A stretch of DNA of 32,000 bases, taken from the NCBI RefSeq assembly GCF_018336915.1, contig NZ_CP064923.1, positions 5,490,001 to 5,522,000 of the forward strand, written 5' to 3'. Made by a program: the position numbers and the translations under genes. Shown here piece after piece: positions 24,340 through 32,000 of this stretch. Every line of letters begins with the position of its first letter. Position 1 is the first letter of the stretch. The notes below the pieces were generated by a model, which did no database searches, was not told the DNA's origin, and saw only the letters and a program-made list of their open reading frames with translations. The DNA comes from Acaryochloris marina S15. Lineage in GTDB: Bacteria; Cyanobacteriota; Cyanobacteriia; Thermosynechococcales; Thermosynechococcaceae.

Positions 24340-25689
24340 ATGACCTTGCAGGCTCCCCTTGCCCAACTGATCGAGATTCTGTCCGCAGAGCCCCTTCATA
24401 TCTCTAGTGCTTTAACCTCCCAGCAGGTTCAAGGCGTTAATACCGATACCCGCAGCCTAAAATCTAATGAAATTTTTCTCGCCTTCTCGGGAGAGAACTT
24501 TGATGGTCATCGGTTTGCAGAATCAGCAGTACAGCAGGGGGCCATCGCAGCCATTGTCGATCACCCCATTGACGCAGCCATTCCTCAATTAGTGGTTCCA
24601 GATACCCTCGTGGCCTATCAGCGCCTGGGCCAGTGGTGGCGGCAGCAGTTTCAAATCCCAATCATTGCCATCACGGGGTCTGTCGGCAAAACCACCACCA
24701 AAGAGCTGATTTCCGCTGTCCTCGGCACAGCTGGATCCGTCCTGAAAACAGAAGCCAACTACAACAATGAAATTGGCGTTCCCAAAACCCTGTTAGGGTT
24801 AACGCCCAATCATGACTATGCCGTTGTGGAAATGGGCATGCGAGGACCCGGAGAAATCGCAGAACTGTCTCAAATTGCCCAACCCACCATTGGTGTCATT
24901 ACCAACGTCGGCACCGCTCATATCGGTCGTTTAGGGTCTAGAGAAGCGATTGCTAACGCTAAATGTGAGCTATTGGCCCAGATGCCCTCAGATAGTCTCG
25001 CGGTTCTCAACGCCGATAATTCCTTGCTGATTGAAACCGCCCAAACCGTTTGGTCGGGAGCTCAAGTCACCTATGGCCTTGGATCTGGCGATTTACAAGG
25101 ACAGCTAGAGACTCAAACCCTACAGGTAGCGGGCCATTCCTTCCCATTGCCCCTACCGGGGGCTCATAATGCGTTGAACTATTTAGCAGCCCTGGCCATC
25201 GCCCAGCATCTCAACCTTGACCTAACGCCCCTACAGCGAGGTATATCGCTGGAACTCCCCTCCGGTCGCGCTCGCAAACTCACCCTGCCCAATGATGTGG
25301 TGGTTTTAGATGAAACCTATAATGCTGGCCTGGAATCGATGCAGGCAGCCCTCCATTTACTTGCCCAAACACCGGGTGAGCGGCGCATTGCCGTCTTGGG
25401 ACCCATGAAGGAATTAGGGGACTATGCCGCCGAACTCCATCGGCAGGTAGGTCGCCTAGTACAAGAACTGAATATCGATCAGCTCTTGATTTTAGATGAA
25501 GGCTCTGAAGGGACCGCCTTAGCCGCAGGAGCCACTACTATCCCCACTCAGCAGTTTGCCGAGCATCAAGCCTTAATAGACTATCTCGATCAACATATTC
25601 AGTCGGGCGATCGCCTGCTGTGCAAAGCCTCTCACTCCGTTGGGCTAGACCGAATTGTTGACCATCTCACCCAAAGCCTAGTCCGTTAG
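24340..25689 (+). CDS. murF: UDP-N-acetylmuramoyl-tripeptide--D-alanyl-D-alanine ligase
   Basis: 449 aa. Mur ligase P-loop [22 protein letters not shown] and DETYNA motifs. Architecture typical of MurF. Confidence 0.9.
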   Translation: MTLQAPLAQLIEILSAEPLHISSALTSQQVQGVNTDTRSLKSNEIFLAFSGENFDGHRFAESAVQQGAIAAIVDHPIDAAIPQLVVPDTLVAYQRLGQWWRQQFQIPIIAITGSVGKTTTKELISAVLGTAGSVLKTEANYNNEIGVPKTLLGLTPNHDYAVVEMGMRGPGEIAELSQIAQPTIGVITNVGTAHIGRLGSREAIANAKCELLAQMPSDSLAVLNADNSLLIETAQTVWSGAQVTYGLGSGDLQGQLETQTLQVAGHSFPLPLPGAHNALNYLAALAIAQHLNLDLTPLQRGISLELPSGRARKLTLPNDVVVLDETYNAGLESMQAALHLLAQTPGERRIAVLGPMKELGDYAAELHRQVGRLVQELNIDQLLILDEGSEGTALAAGATTIPTQQFAEHQALIDYLDQHIQSGDRLLCKASHSVGLDRIVDHLTQSLVR

Positions 25690-26405
25690 GAAGCTAAAGC
25701 CTGACGTTGCGCTTCAATTAACTGTTGAATGCCAATTTCTGCGAGGTCTAGCATTTGATTGAGCTGGGGACGAGGCAAGGTGCCTTCCTCGGCAGTCCCT
25801 TGCACTTCTAGCAGCTCTAACTGCTCTGTTGCCACGACATTCAAATCCACTGCCGCACCCACATCTTCGGGGTAATTAAGATCGAGAAAGGGCTGACCTT
25901 CTAATAAGCCCACCGAAACCGCTGCCACATGGTGACGAATCGGAGATTGGGATAGCTCTCCTTTGCTCACTAACTGATTAACAGCATCCACTAAAGCCAC
26001 AAAGCCACCCGTAATGGCGGTGGTGCGGGTGCCCGCATCGGCCTGTAAGACATCGGCGTCTACCACTAGGGTGCGCTCTCCTAGAGCCTGTAAATCGAGG
26101 GCTGCTCGTAAGCTCCGACCGATCAACCGCTGAATTTCTTGGGTTCGTCCTGATAATTTCATCAGTTCTCGGCGCTGCCGTTCTGGAGTCGCTCCAGGCA
26201 ACATCCGATATTCTGCGGTTAACCAACCCTGGCCTGTGTCTTCTAAAAACCTAGGTACGCCAGGCTGCACAGAGACCGTGCAGAGAACTTTCGTCTGCCC
26301 GCATTCTGCAAGTACCGATCCAGCGGCAAAGTGGGTATACTCTCGGTGAAACCGAATCGGTCGGAGCTGATCCGGTTGACGGCCATCAGGACGTTGCCAA
26401 GTCAT
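25686..26405 (-). CDS. rph: ribonuclease PH
   Basis: 239 aa. [13 protein letters not shown]...GSVL...G.TKVLCTVS and TAEY.MLPGAT are characteristic RNase PH sequences. Its stop overlaps the murF stop by 4 nt (convergent). Confidence 0.9.
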   Translation of the reverse strand: MTWQRPDGRQPDQLRPIRFHREYTHFAAGSVLAECGQTKVLCTVSVQPGVPRFLEDTGQGWLTAEYRMLPGATPERQRRELMKLSGRTQEIQRLIGRSLRAALDLQALGERTLVVDADVLQADAGTRTTAITGGFVALVDAVNQLVSKGELSQSPIRHHVAAVSVGLLEGQPFLDLNYPEDVGAAVDLNVVATEQLELLEVQGTAEEGTLPRPQLNQMLDLAEIGIQQLIEAQRQALAS

Positions 26406-26649
26406 GTATGCTAATTCTCAACTACACAGGAACTGGCATTTTCCACCTGCAAATACACAGTATGGGATAGCCAATTTAAGCCCCAATCAGCATACTCTAG
26501 TCATCGCCCAAAAGAAATCCAGGCTTAAGTAAAAGATTCTTTCAAAACTTAATACTTCCTATAAAAGTGTTGACGAATCCTATAGATATGGTGTTGACTA
26601 TGGAGGAAAGTTACAGATGAACGCTACATCTGTTGTTAGCATCTAAACT

Positions 26650-27186
26650 ATGGTAGCCCAGCTAGATACGCCGCCTCGCGCCTTCGACGCCCCATCACGC
26701 CACATCATCGAAGGCTTAGTCAAAATCTTTACCGCACCGCATCGCAGCTTTTTCACCTCGGTGATGGCACAAGCACTCCGGGAGGCTGGGCAAGGAACAC
26801 GGGTACTCGTTGTCCAATTTCTGAAAGGGGGCATCAATATGGGCCACCACCACCCCATGCACCTTTGCCAAAACTTGGACTGGTATCGCTGCAATCTACC
26901 TCGCTGTATTGATACACCAGAGCTAGAGACCGATGAAATGCAGGCCATGGAAGATCTGTGGCAACATACGAAAACTGCGATCGCAGAGGGGGATTATTCC
27001 CTCGTCATTTTGGATGAACTCAGTTTGGCTCTCCACCTTAATCTCATCCCCGAATCAGAAGTCCTATCGTTGATTGAGCAGCGTCCTCGGCATATTGATA
27101 TGATTTTGACAGGGCCGAATATGCCCTCATCACTCATGGATGTCGCTGACCAAATTACTGAGATGCGACGCAACGTTTGCCCTTAG
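26650..27186 (+). CDS. CobA/CobO/BtuR-like (corrinoid adenosyltransferase fold) protein lacking the P-loop
   Basis: 178 aa. It aligns by eye to CobA (..VVQFLKG.., LVILDELS, ILTGPN), but the GNGKGKTT P-loop position reads APHRSFFT. Confidence 0.7.
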   Translation: MVAQLDTPPRAFDAPSRHIIEGLVKIFTAPHRSFFTSVMAQALREAGQGTRVLVVQFLKGGINMGHHHPMHLCQNLDWYRCNLPRCIDTPELETDEMQAMEDLWQHTKTAIAEGDYSLVILDELSLALHLNLIPESEVLSLIEQRPRHIDMILTGPNMPSSLMDVADQITEMRRNVCP

Positions 27187-27202
27187 TCCGCAAGAGGTTT
27201 CT

Positions 27203-27799
27203 GTGATCAAAAATGATGCCTGGATCACCAGGATGGCTGCTCAAGGCATGATTAGCCCTTTTGAGTCCCACCTGGTCAGGGAAGTTGAAGAAAATCCAGG
27301 GGTATCTCAGCGAGTCATTAGCTATGGCTTGTCATCCTATGGCTATGATTTGCGGCTCAGCTCGAATGAATTTCGAGTTTTCCGCCACGTTCCTGGCACC
27401 ATCGTTGATCCCAAACACTTTAATCCCGCTAATTTAGAGCCTGCGGACCTGCATACCGATGAGAATGGCAGTTATTTTATTTTGCCCGCTCATTCCTATG
27501 GTCTAGGGGTAGCCCTAGAGCGTTTAGCAGTGCCTGAAAATGTCACCGTCATCTGTATCGGCAAAAGCACCTATGCTCGTATCGGTCTAATCGCCAATTT
27601 GACCCCAGCCGAAGCAGGTTGGCGTGGCCATTTAACCCTAGAGTTTTCTAACTCATCCAGCGCAGACTGCCGGATTTATGCTAATGAAGGGATTGTCCAA
27701 TTGCTGTTTTTTGAAGGCGAACCCTGCACTGTCAGTTATGAAACCCGTCGGGGTAAATATCAAGACCAAGATGAGCAGGTCACCCTGGCCAGATTATGA
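27203..27799 (+). CDS. dcd: dCTP deaminase
   Basis: 198 aa from GTG 27203, preceded by AAGAGG. VIKNDAWITRMAAQGMISPF aligns with the Dcd N-terminus. GKSTYARIGL and LEFSN motifs are present. The track start at 27140 overlaps the upstream gene. Confidence 0.85.
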   Translation: MIKNDAWITRMAAQGMISPFESHLVREVEENPGVSQRVISYGLSSYGYDLRLSSNEFRVFRHVPGTIVDPKHFNPANLEPADLHTDENGSYFILPAHSYGLGVALERLAVPENVTVICIGKSTYARIGLIANLTPAEAGWRGHLTLEFSNSSSADCRIYANEGIVQLLFFEGEPCTVSYETRRGKYQDQDEQVTLARL

Positions 27800-27810
27800 C
27801 TCCCAGTTGA

Positions 27811-28662
27811 TTAACGCCGAATCCAACCGTTAATCGTAAAGCGGCTGTCAGCGAACGTGCGCGAGGGGCAATGAACCGGCAAGACTTCATGCATATAACG
27901 GCTGAGAAAAAAGACGATGCTGTTATTGCGAGGATCAACGGTTTGAAAGGAATCGGCTTCAACGTAAAAGTTGTTCTCAATTTTACTGTCGTACACCCGT
28001 AGCTCTCCCCCTGAAAAAGGTTTGGGATCCTTGTAGAAGTAGTAAACGTAAGTCAGCTCGCGAGTAGCTGTATCTGGACTACCGCTGTCGTTGTGCAGCT
28101 TGTAAAAGTTGCCATCATTATGGGACGTAAGCTGCGTTTCAATCTCAGAGGCTGTAAACACCGGCAGATTGAGTTCTTGCAACACCCCTGGCAAGACTTG
28201 TTCAATTCGTTTCATGATGTGATTGGCCAATCCGTCCACATTCGGCAGAATCATGGACTGGCGATAGTCAGGGGTATCCGTTGTAGTTTGGGTCGGTATA
28301 AAGGCAGATTCTCGCTGAATGGCTGTTTGGAGTAAGACCTGATGTTCAACGGTTGTTAAGAACTCATCCATCTGCACATAGGGAGATGGGAGCACCTCCG
28401 CCGGGACTGGATTGAGGCCTGACTGAATATACATGGGGGGTTCAGTCACCAAGCCCACTAAATGTTGGCTAGAAAAGCAGAGCCCAGCATGACCAGCCTG
28501 TAACGGAATTTGGAACAATTCTGGGGGCCGTTCAGGGTGAGACGCGGCCGAAACAGCCTGGAACAGACGCTGTAGCAGTGGGTCTGTAGACTGCAGATAA
28601 ACCGTTTGATGGTGGCCCCCCTGGAGGAGCAATTCGACTTTAACAATGGAAGGTGTGGTCAT
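27811..28662 (-). CDS. 2OG-Fe(II) oxygenase family protein (prolyl-4-hydroxylase-like C-terminal domain)
   Basis: 283 aa. HxD in KLHNDSG, distal His in RYMHEVLPV, and Arg in SRFTINGW. The N-terminal ~120 aa are unassigned. Confidence 0.75.
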   Translation of the reverse strand: MTTPSIVKVELLLQGGHHQTVYLQSTDPLLQRLFQAVSAASHPERPPELFQIPLQAGHAGLCFSSQHLVGLVTEPPMYIQSGLNPVPAEVLPSPYVQMDEFLTTVEHQVLLQTAIQRESAFIPTQTTTDTPDYRQSMILPNVDGLANHIMKRIEQVLPGVLQELNLPVFTASEIETQLTSHNDGNFYKLHNDSGSPDTATRELTYVYYFYKDPKPFSGGELRVYDSKIENNFYVEADSFQTVDPRNNSIVFFLSRYMHEVLPVHCPSRTFADSRFTINGWIRR

Positions 28663-28718
28663 AGCTGAGCGTATTTCAGATCATGGCAGCCCACATCAGC
28701 TGTCTGGCCTCCAATATC

Positions 28719-29510
28719 TTAAACCGGTTTCTGATGTAAGGCAGCCTGGCAAAATTGCACAGCGGTTTCCATATCGCTCGTCTGCTGAGGATAGGTCAAT
28801 AGGGGACGCTTGATGATGATCAAGGTTACTCCCAACGCTTGCGCCACGCGACGCTTAATATCCTCGCCCCCCGGTTGACCAGATGCTTTAGTGACGACAA
28901 CCGAGATTTGCCATTGCTGCCAGAGGGCTTTTTCCAGATCAAAGGAAATAGGAGGGCGCAAAGCAATGATGCGATCGCAACTAAATCCCGCCTCATCTGC
29001 CACCTGAAACGCCCGAGCACGAGGCAAAATTCTCGCAAATAATGTACTGGTGGACTGGCATTCCTTAAATTGCGGGAGCCATTTACTGCCAATCGTTAGT
29101 AAAACCCTCTGTCCCTTCAGCGATAGCCCATTCACTAGTTGCGAAACGGTATCAACCTCCACCACCCAGGGATTTTGTGCAGCCGTATTATCAACCCCAG
29201 AGGACCGCTCAAATCGTAAGTAAGGAATCTGAAGCCGGGTTGATGCCTGTATGGCCAATTTGGAAATTTCCGTGGCATAGGGATGAGACGCATCCAAAAT
29301 CACGCCAATTTCTTGATCTTGGCAAAATGTTTGCCAGGTGTGATCCGTTAAAGCGCCCGTACAAATTCTTAGGCTCAACGACGGAGGATACAGATCCTGA
29401 GCCGAGTCAGCCAGGGCCGTAACCACGCCAGGGAGGCCAGCACCATCTAACGCAGATGCTAACTGCACACTTTCGGTCGTCCCTCCAACTAGCCAAATTC
29501 GAGCAGGCAT
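28719..29510 (-). CDS. cobK: precorrin-6A / cobalt-precorrin-6A reductase
   Basis: 263 aa. The N-terminus RIWLVGGTTESVQLA and overall length are typical of CobK/CbiJ. Confidence 0.8.
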   Translation of the reverse strand: MPARIWLVGGTTESVQLASALDGAGLPGVVTALADSAQDLYPPSLSLRICTGALTDHTWQTFCQDQEIGVILDASHPYATEISKLAIQASTRLQIPYLRFERSSGVDNTAAQNPWVVEVDTVSQLVNGLSLKGQRVLLTIGSKWLPQFKECQSTSTLFARILPRARAFQVADEAGFSCDRIIALRPPISFDLEKALWQQWQISVVVTKASGQPGGEDIKRRVAQALGVTLIIIKRPLLTYPQQTSDMETAVQFCQAALHQKPV

Positions 29511-29774
29511 CTTCAGTCAATTGAGAGTAATTAGCTTTAACATAAATGAACACTGAGTCTATGAACAGACTGCTAAATCAATGCCTAAAGAAAAATGCAC
29601 TTTAAATAGACTTTTCTGGGCATCCTAGAGATCAAGAACCAATTCGTTCTACCTCAAGGGGGAAACCTAGCAATAGGTTATGAGGTTGTCGATATCAATG
29701 CAGAAACTTAAAAAGAAGGCGCTGCTGTTACCAGCCTTTTTACAACTCTCAATAGACTTGAGTACGACTTGGTT

Positions 29775-32000
29775 GTGGAAATCAATCAGAAAAAACAGGC
29801 CCGACATTTGCTCCTTTTTGAGGACAAAGAAGGGCTAAGGTTGGTGCCTCTCGAGGCATCTTCACATTCTTTGGGGCGTGATCCAACCAATTCCATCGTG
29901 CTGCACTCAAAAGCAGTCTCCCGTCAGCATGCTTTATTACTGCGGGTGACCAGCTCTGATCCGAATAACTATGGCTTCTTGCTTATTGATGGAGACTTAC
30001 AAGGCCAACGCAGTACCAATGGCATTAAAATCAATGGGGTTAAATGTCGTTCACGCCGCCTCCAAGATCAAGATCTACTCACCTTTGGCAACCACATTAA
30101 AGCCCGATACATTGCCGTAGTTCCTCAATCCGACGCAGAATTTGAGGAATATTGTCGTACCGCTGATCACGAAGCCCTCTTCACCCCTCCCGCCTCTCAA
30201 TCTACCGTCGTCCCAGAACAACCTTCAGCCCTAGAAGAAGAAGGCCTGGATGAAGCTCCCCTGATCCGACTGGCCTCCTTCCCCGAAATTTCTCCCAGCC
30301 CCATGCTAGAGATTAATCTCGATGGGGAACTCACCTATCTCAATCCAGCCGCCGTCAGCGCCTTTCCAGAACTCCCTCTCCTGGGGATGCAACATCCAGC
30401 CTTAAACGGCCTGCTCAATTTCATTCACACCTCTGATACCAACATCCTGGTCCGGGAAATTACCGTTGCCGACAAGATGTATGAGCAATCCATTCACTTT
30501 ATTTCCGAAAGTGATCTGATTCGCTGCTGCGTCTTTGATATTACGGAGCGCAAGCTGGCCGAAGCTGAACTTCGTAAACGCGATCGCTTGCTACAGAGTG
30601 TGGCTCAAGCCACCACCCATCTCCTTGAAAATGTCGGATACGACGCCATCGATACTGCTTTGGCGATTTTAGGAGAAGCCGCTGGTGTCGATCGCATTTG
30701 TATTTGCAAAAACCACACGCTACCAGACACTGGTGAAAGCGGTACCAGTATGCGATTTGAGTGGATTCGTTCATCCATAGAGTCCGTACGCCACCGTCCC
30801 CATAGACAGGAGCAAAGCTATCACTCGCCCCATCTCAGACGTTGGTATCACGCCTTAACGGATGAGGTCACTATTCGCAGCCTGGTCCAAGACCTGCCAG
30901 AAATCGAACAACAGGTCTTAGCTCAAGACAGTATTTTGTCGATTTTAGTGGTTCCAATTATTGTCAATCACCGATTTTGGGGATTTATTGAACTGCATAA
31001 TTGCACCCGCGAATATCACTGGTCTCTGCAAGAAGAGTCCATTCTATTTGCCATGTCAGCCAGTATTAGCGCAGCCTTACAACGACAGGACAAAGAAGAA
31101 ATTATCCGCCATCAGGCCTTTCATGATGCCCTCACTGATCTGCCCAACCGTGTCCTCTTCAACGACCGCCTGAATATCGCCTTAGCAGCTGCCCAACGGA
31201 ACAATGGCAGTGTTGCGGTCATGTTTATGGACTTAGACCGCTTCAAGTTAATCAACGACACGTTAGGGCACTCCATCGGTGATGAGCTTCTCCAAGAAGT
31301 GGCACTCCGCCTCCAAGATTGTTTGCGAGATGGAGACACGGTCGCGCGGTGGGGTGGGGATGAATTTACCGTTCTCTTACCTAAAATTGAGTCCGTTAAC
31401 GACGCCATTAACACGGCCTATCGGATTTTGGATGCCCTAAAAGCTGCATTTGTCATCCGCAGACATGAATTGTTTGTCACCACCAGCATTGGCATTGCCA
31501 TCTATCCCGAAGATGGCCAAGAAGCAGAAATTTTGCTGCAAAATGCGGACGTTGCCTTATATCGCAGTAAAGAGCAGGGCCGGGGCACTTGCCAGCTGTA
31601 TAACCCAACGATGAATGCCAAAGAGCAATTCATTCTAGAAAACAGTTTGCGTCACGCCTTAGATCGGGATGAATTTATTCTTCACTACCAGCCCAAGGTC
31701 AATATCTGTACCGGTGAGATTGTCGGCCTAGAAGCCCTTGTGCGCTGGGAACATCCAGAAATGGGCTTAGTCTCACCCGCCACTTTTATTCCAATTGCGG
31801 AAGAAACCGGCTTAATTGTGGAGTTGGGAGAATGGGTATTAAGAACAGCCTGTCAACAAGCCGTGCTCTGGCACCAAATGGGATTAGCGCCTTTATCCGT
31901 TGCCATCAACCTATCCGCTCGCCAGTTTTATCAACCGAATTTAGTTGAAATTGTGGCTCAGGTCCTAGAAAGTACTGGCTTAGATCCACAACAACTCGAA
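29775..32000 (+). CDS. FHA-PAS-GAF-GGDEF-EAL multidomain c-di-GMP signalling protein (3' end beyond window)
   Basis: Absent from the track because it is open-ended. Hand translation from GTG 29775 gives VEINQKKQARHLLLFEDKEGLRLVPLEASSHSLGRDPTNSIVLHSKAVSRQHALL (FHA). A PAS-like segment follows (LEINLDGELTYLNPAAV), then a GAF-like segment (ILVVPIIVNHRFWGFIELHN), an intact GGDEF (RWGGDEFTV at ~31347-31373) and an EAL (GLEALVRWEHPEMG). The frame stays open to 32000. The start codon is uncertain (TTG 29769 or GTG 29775). Confidence 0.85.
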   Translation, partial: MEINQKKQARHLLLFEDKEGLRLVPLEASSHSLGRDPTNSIVLHSKAVSRQHALLLRVTSSDPNNYGFLLIDGDLQGQRSTNGIKINGVKCRSRRLQDQDLLTFGNHIKARYIAVVPQSDAEFEEYCRTADHEALFTPPASQSTVVPEQPSALEEEGLDEAPLIRLASFPEISPSPMLEINLDGELTYLNPAAVSAFPELPLLGMQHPALNGLLNFIHTSDTNILVREITVADKMYEQSIHFISESDLIRCCVFDITERKLAEAELRKRDRLLQSVAQATTHLLENVGYDAIDTALAILGEAAGVDRICICKNHTLPDTGESGTSMRFEWIRSSIESVRHRPHRQEQSYHSPHLRRWYHALTDEVTIRSLVQDLPEIEQQVLAQDSILSILVVPIIVNHRFWGFIELHNCTREYHWSLQEESILFAMSASISAALQRQDKEEIIRHQAFHDALTDLPNRVLFNDRLNIALAAAQRNNGSVAVMFMDLDRFKLINDTLGHSIGDELLQEVALRLQDCLRDGDTVARWGGDEFTVLLPKIESVNDAINTAYRILDALKAAFVIRRHELFVTTSIGIAIYPEDGQEAEILLQNADVALYRSKEQGRGTCQLYNPTMNAKEQFILENSLRHALDRDEFILHYQPKVNICTGEIVGLEALVRWEHPEMGLVSPATFIPIAEETGLIVELGEWVLRTACQQAVLWHQMGLAPLSVAINLSARQFYQPNLVEIVAQVLESTGLDPQQLE

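Noticed and set aside
26567-26598. Direct repeat GTGTTGAC ... GTGTTGAC (26567-26574 and 26591-26598) in the rph / CobA-like intergenic region as tandem -35 boxes or operator
   Set aside because: I could not find -10 hexamers at workable spacing (16-18 nt) from either TTGAC. Two 8-mers 24 nt apart are weak evidence on their own.
27140-27202. Long form of the dcd ORF overlapping the CobA-like gene
   Set aside because: Dcd similarity begins at VIKNDAWI. GTG 27203 has an AAGAGG ribosome-binding site 5 nt upstream, and the extension is out-of-frame CobA-like coding sequence.
29698-29832. 44-codon ATG ORF upstream of and overlapping the FHA gene, as a possible sign of a frameshifted true start
   Set aside because: Its product (MQKLKKKALLLPAFLQL...) does not resemble an FHA-protein N-terminus. 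The FHA frame has a stop at 29709-29711 and usable TTG/GTG starts at 29769/29775. There is no evidence for a frameshift.
30541-31414. Minus-strand ORFs 30541-30774 and 31121-31414 and the + ORF 30961-31173
   Set aside because: They lie within or antisense to the continuous FHA-PAS-GAF-GGDEF-EAL reading frame, which has strong domain motifs.
1-32000. Looked for CRISPR arrays, tRNA/rRNA genes, prophage or defence-island signatures and long tandem repeats
   Set aside because: I saw no regularly spaced direct repeats, no cloverleaf-like or rRNA-like conserved stretches, and no restriction-modification, toxin-antitoxin or phage structural gene motifs. This was visual scanning only, so short or degenerate elements could have been missed.

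Overview
This is a chromosomal window from a cyanobacterium. I infer that from the many HIP1 octamers GCGATCGC (e.g. 1086-1093, 2824-2831, 3110-3117, tandem pair 8936-8949) and from gene content. It holds about 30 protein-coding genes and one solo tnpB insertion element. I saw no rRNA, tRNA or CRISPR array by eye. The stand-out locus is 3511-8805. It starts with a textbook ykkC / guanidine-I riboswitch aptamer whose 3' conserved strand doubles as the 5' arm of an intrinsic terminator. A tightly packed six-gene + strand operon follows: an arginase/agmatinase-fold ureohydrolase, HypA-like and HypB-like nickel chaperones, and a NitT/TauT-type ABC importer (binding protein, permease, ATPase). I read this as guanidine-inducible uptake plus Ni-dependent guanidine hydrolysis. 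As I recall, this is the GdmH/GhaA/GhaB type of system from Synechocystis sll1077-sll1082. Automated annotation would label it agmatinase plus hydrogenase maturation. The second candidate is a translationally coupled minus-strand trio at 12992-15706: a KAS III-like condensing enzyme, a heme-oxygenase-like iron enzyme and an orphan protein, with no function I can assign. Other points of interest:
- a full-length TnpB whose first RuvC aspartate reads Asn, and whose 3' end abuts the next gene
- a secreted 102-aa protein with three T[RK]GPN[GF]AAH repeats
- a run of green-lineage-conserved genes (Rieske PAO-like, FrhB/HCAR/BciB-like, DUF3611-like, DUF1823-like)
- a CobA-like protein without a P-loop
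- an FHA-PAS-GAF-GGDEF-EAL signalling protein that runs off the right edge
The rest is housekeeping (anmK, murF, rph, dcd, cobK/cbiJ) plus TPR and kinase signalling proteins. All calls come from reading the sequence and ORF translations. No database search or structure computation was possible.
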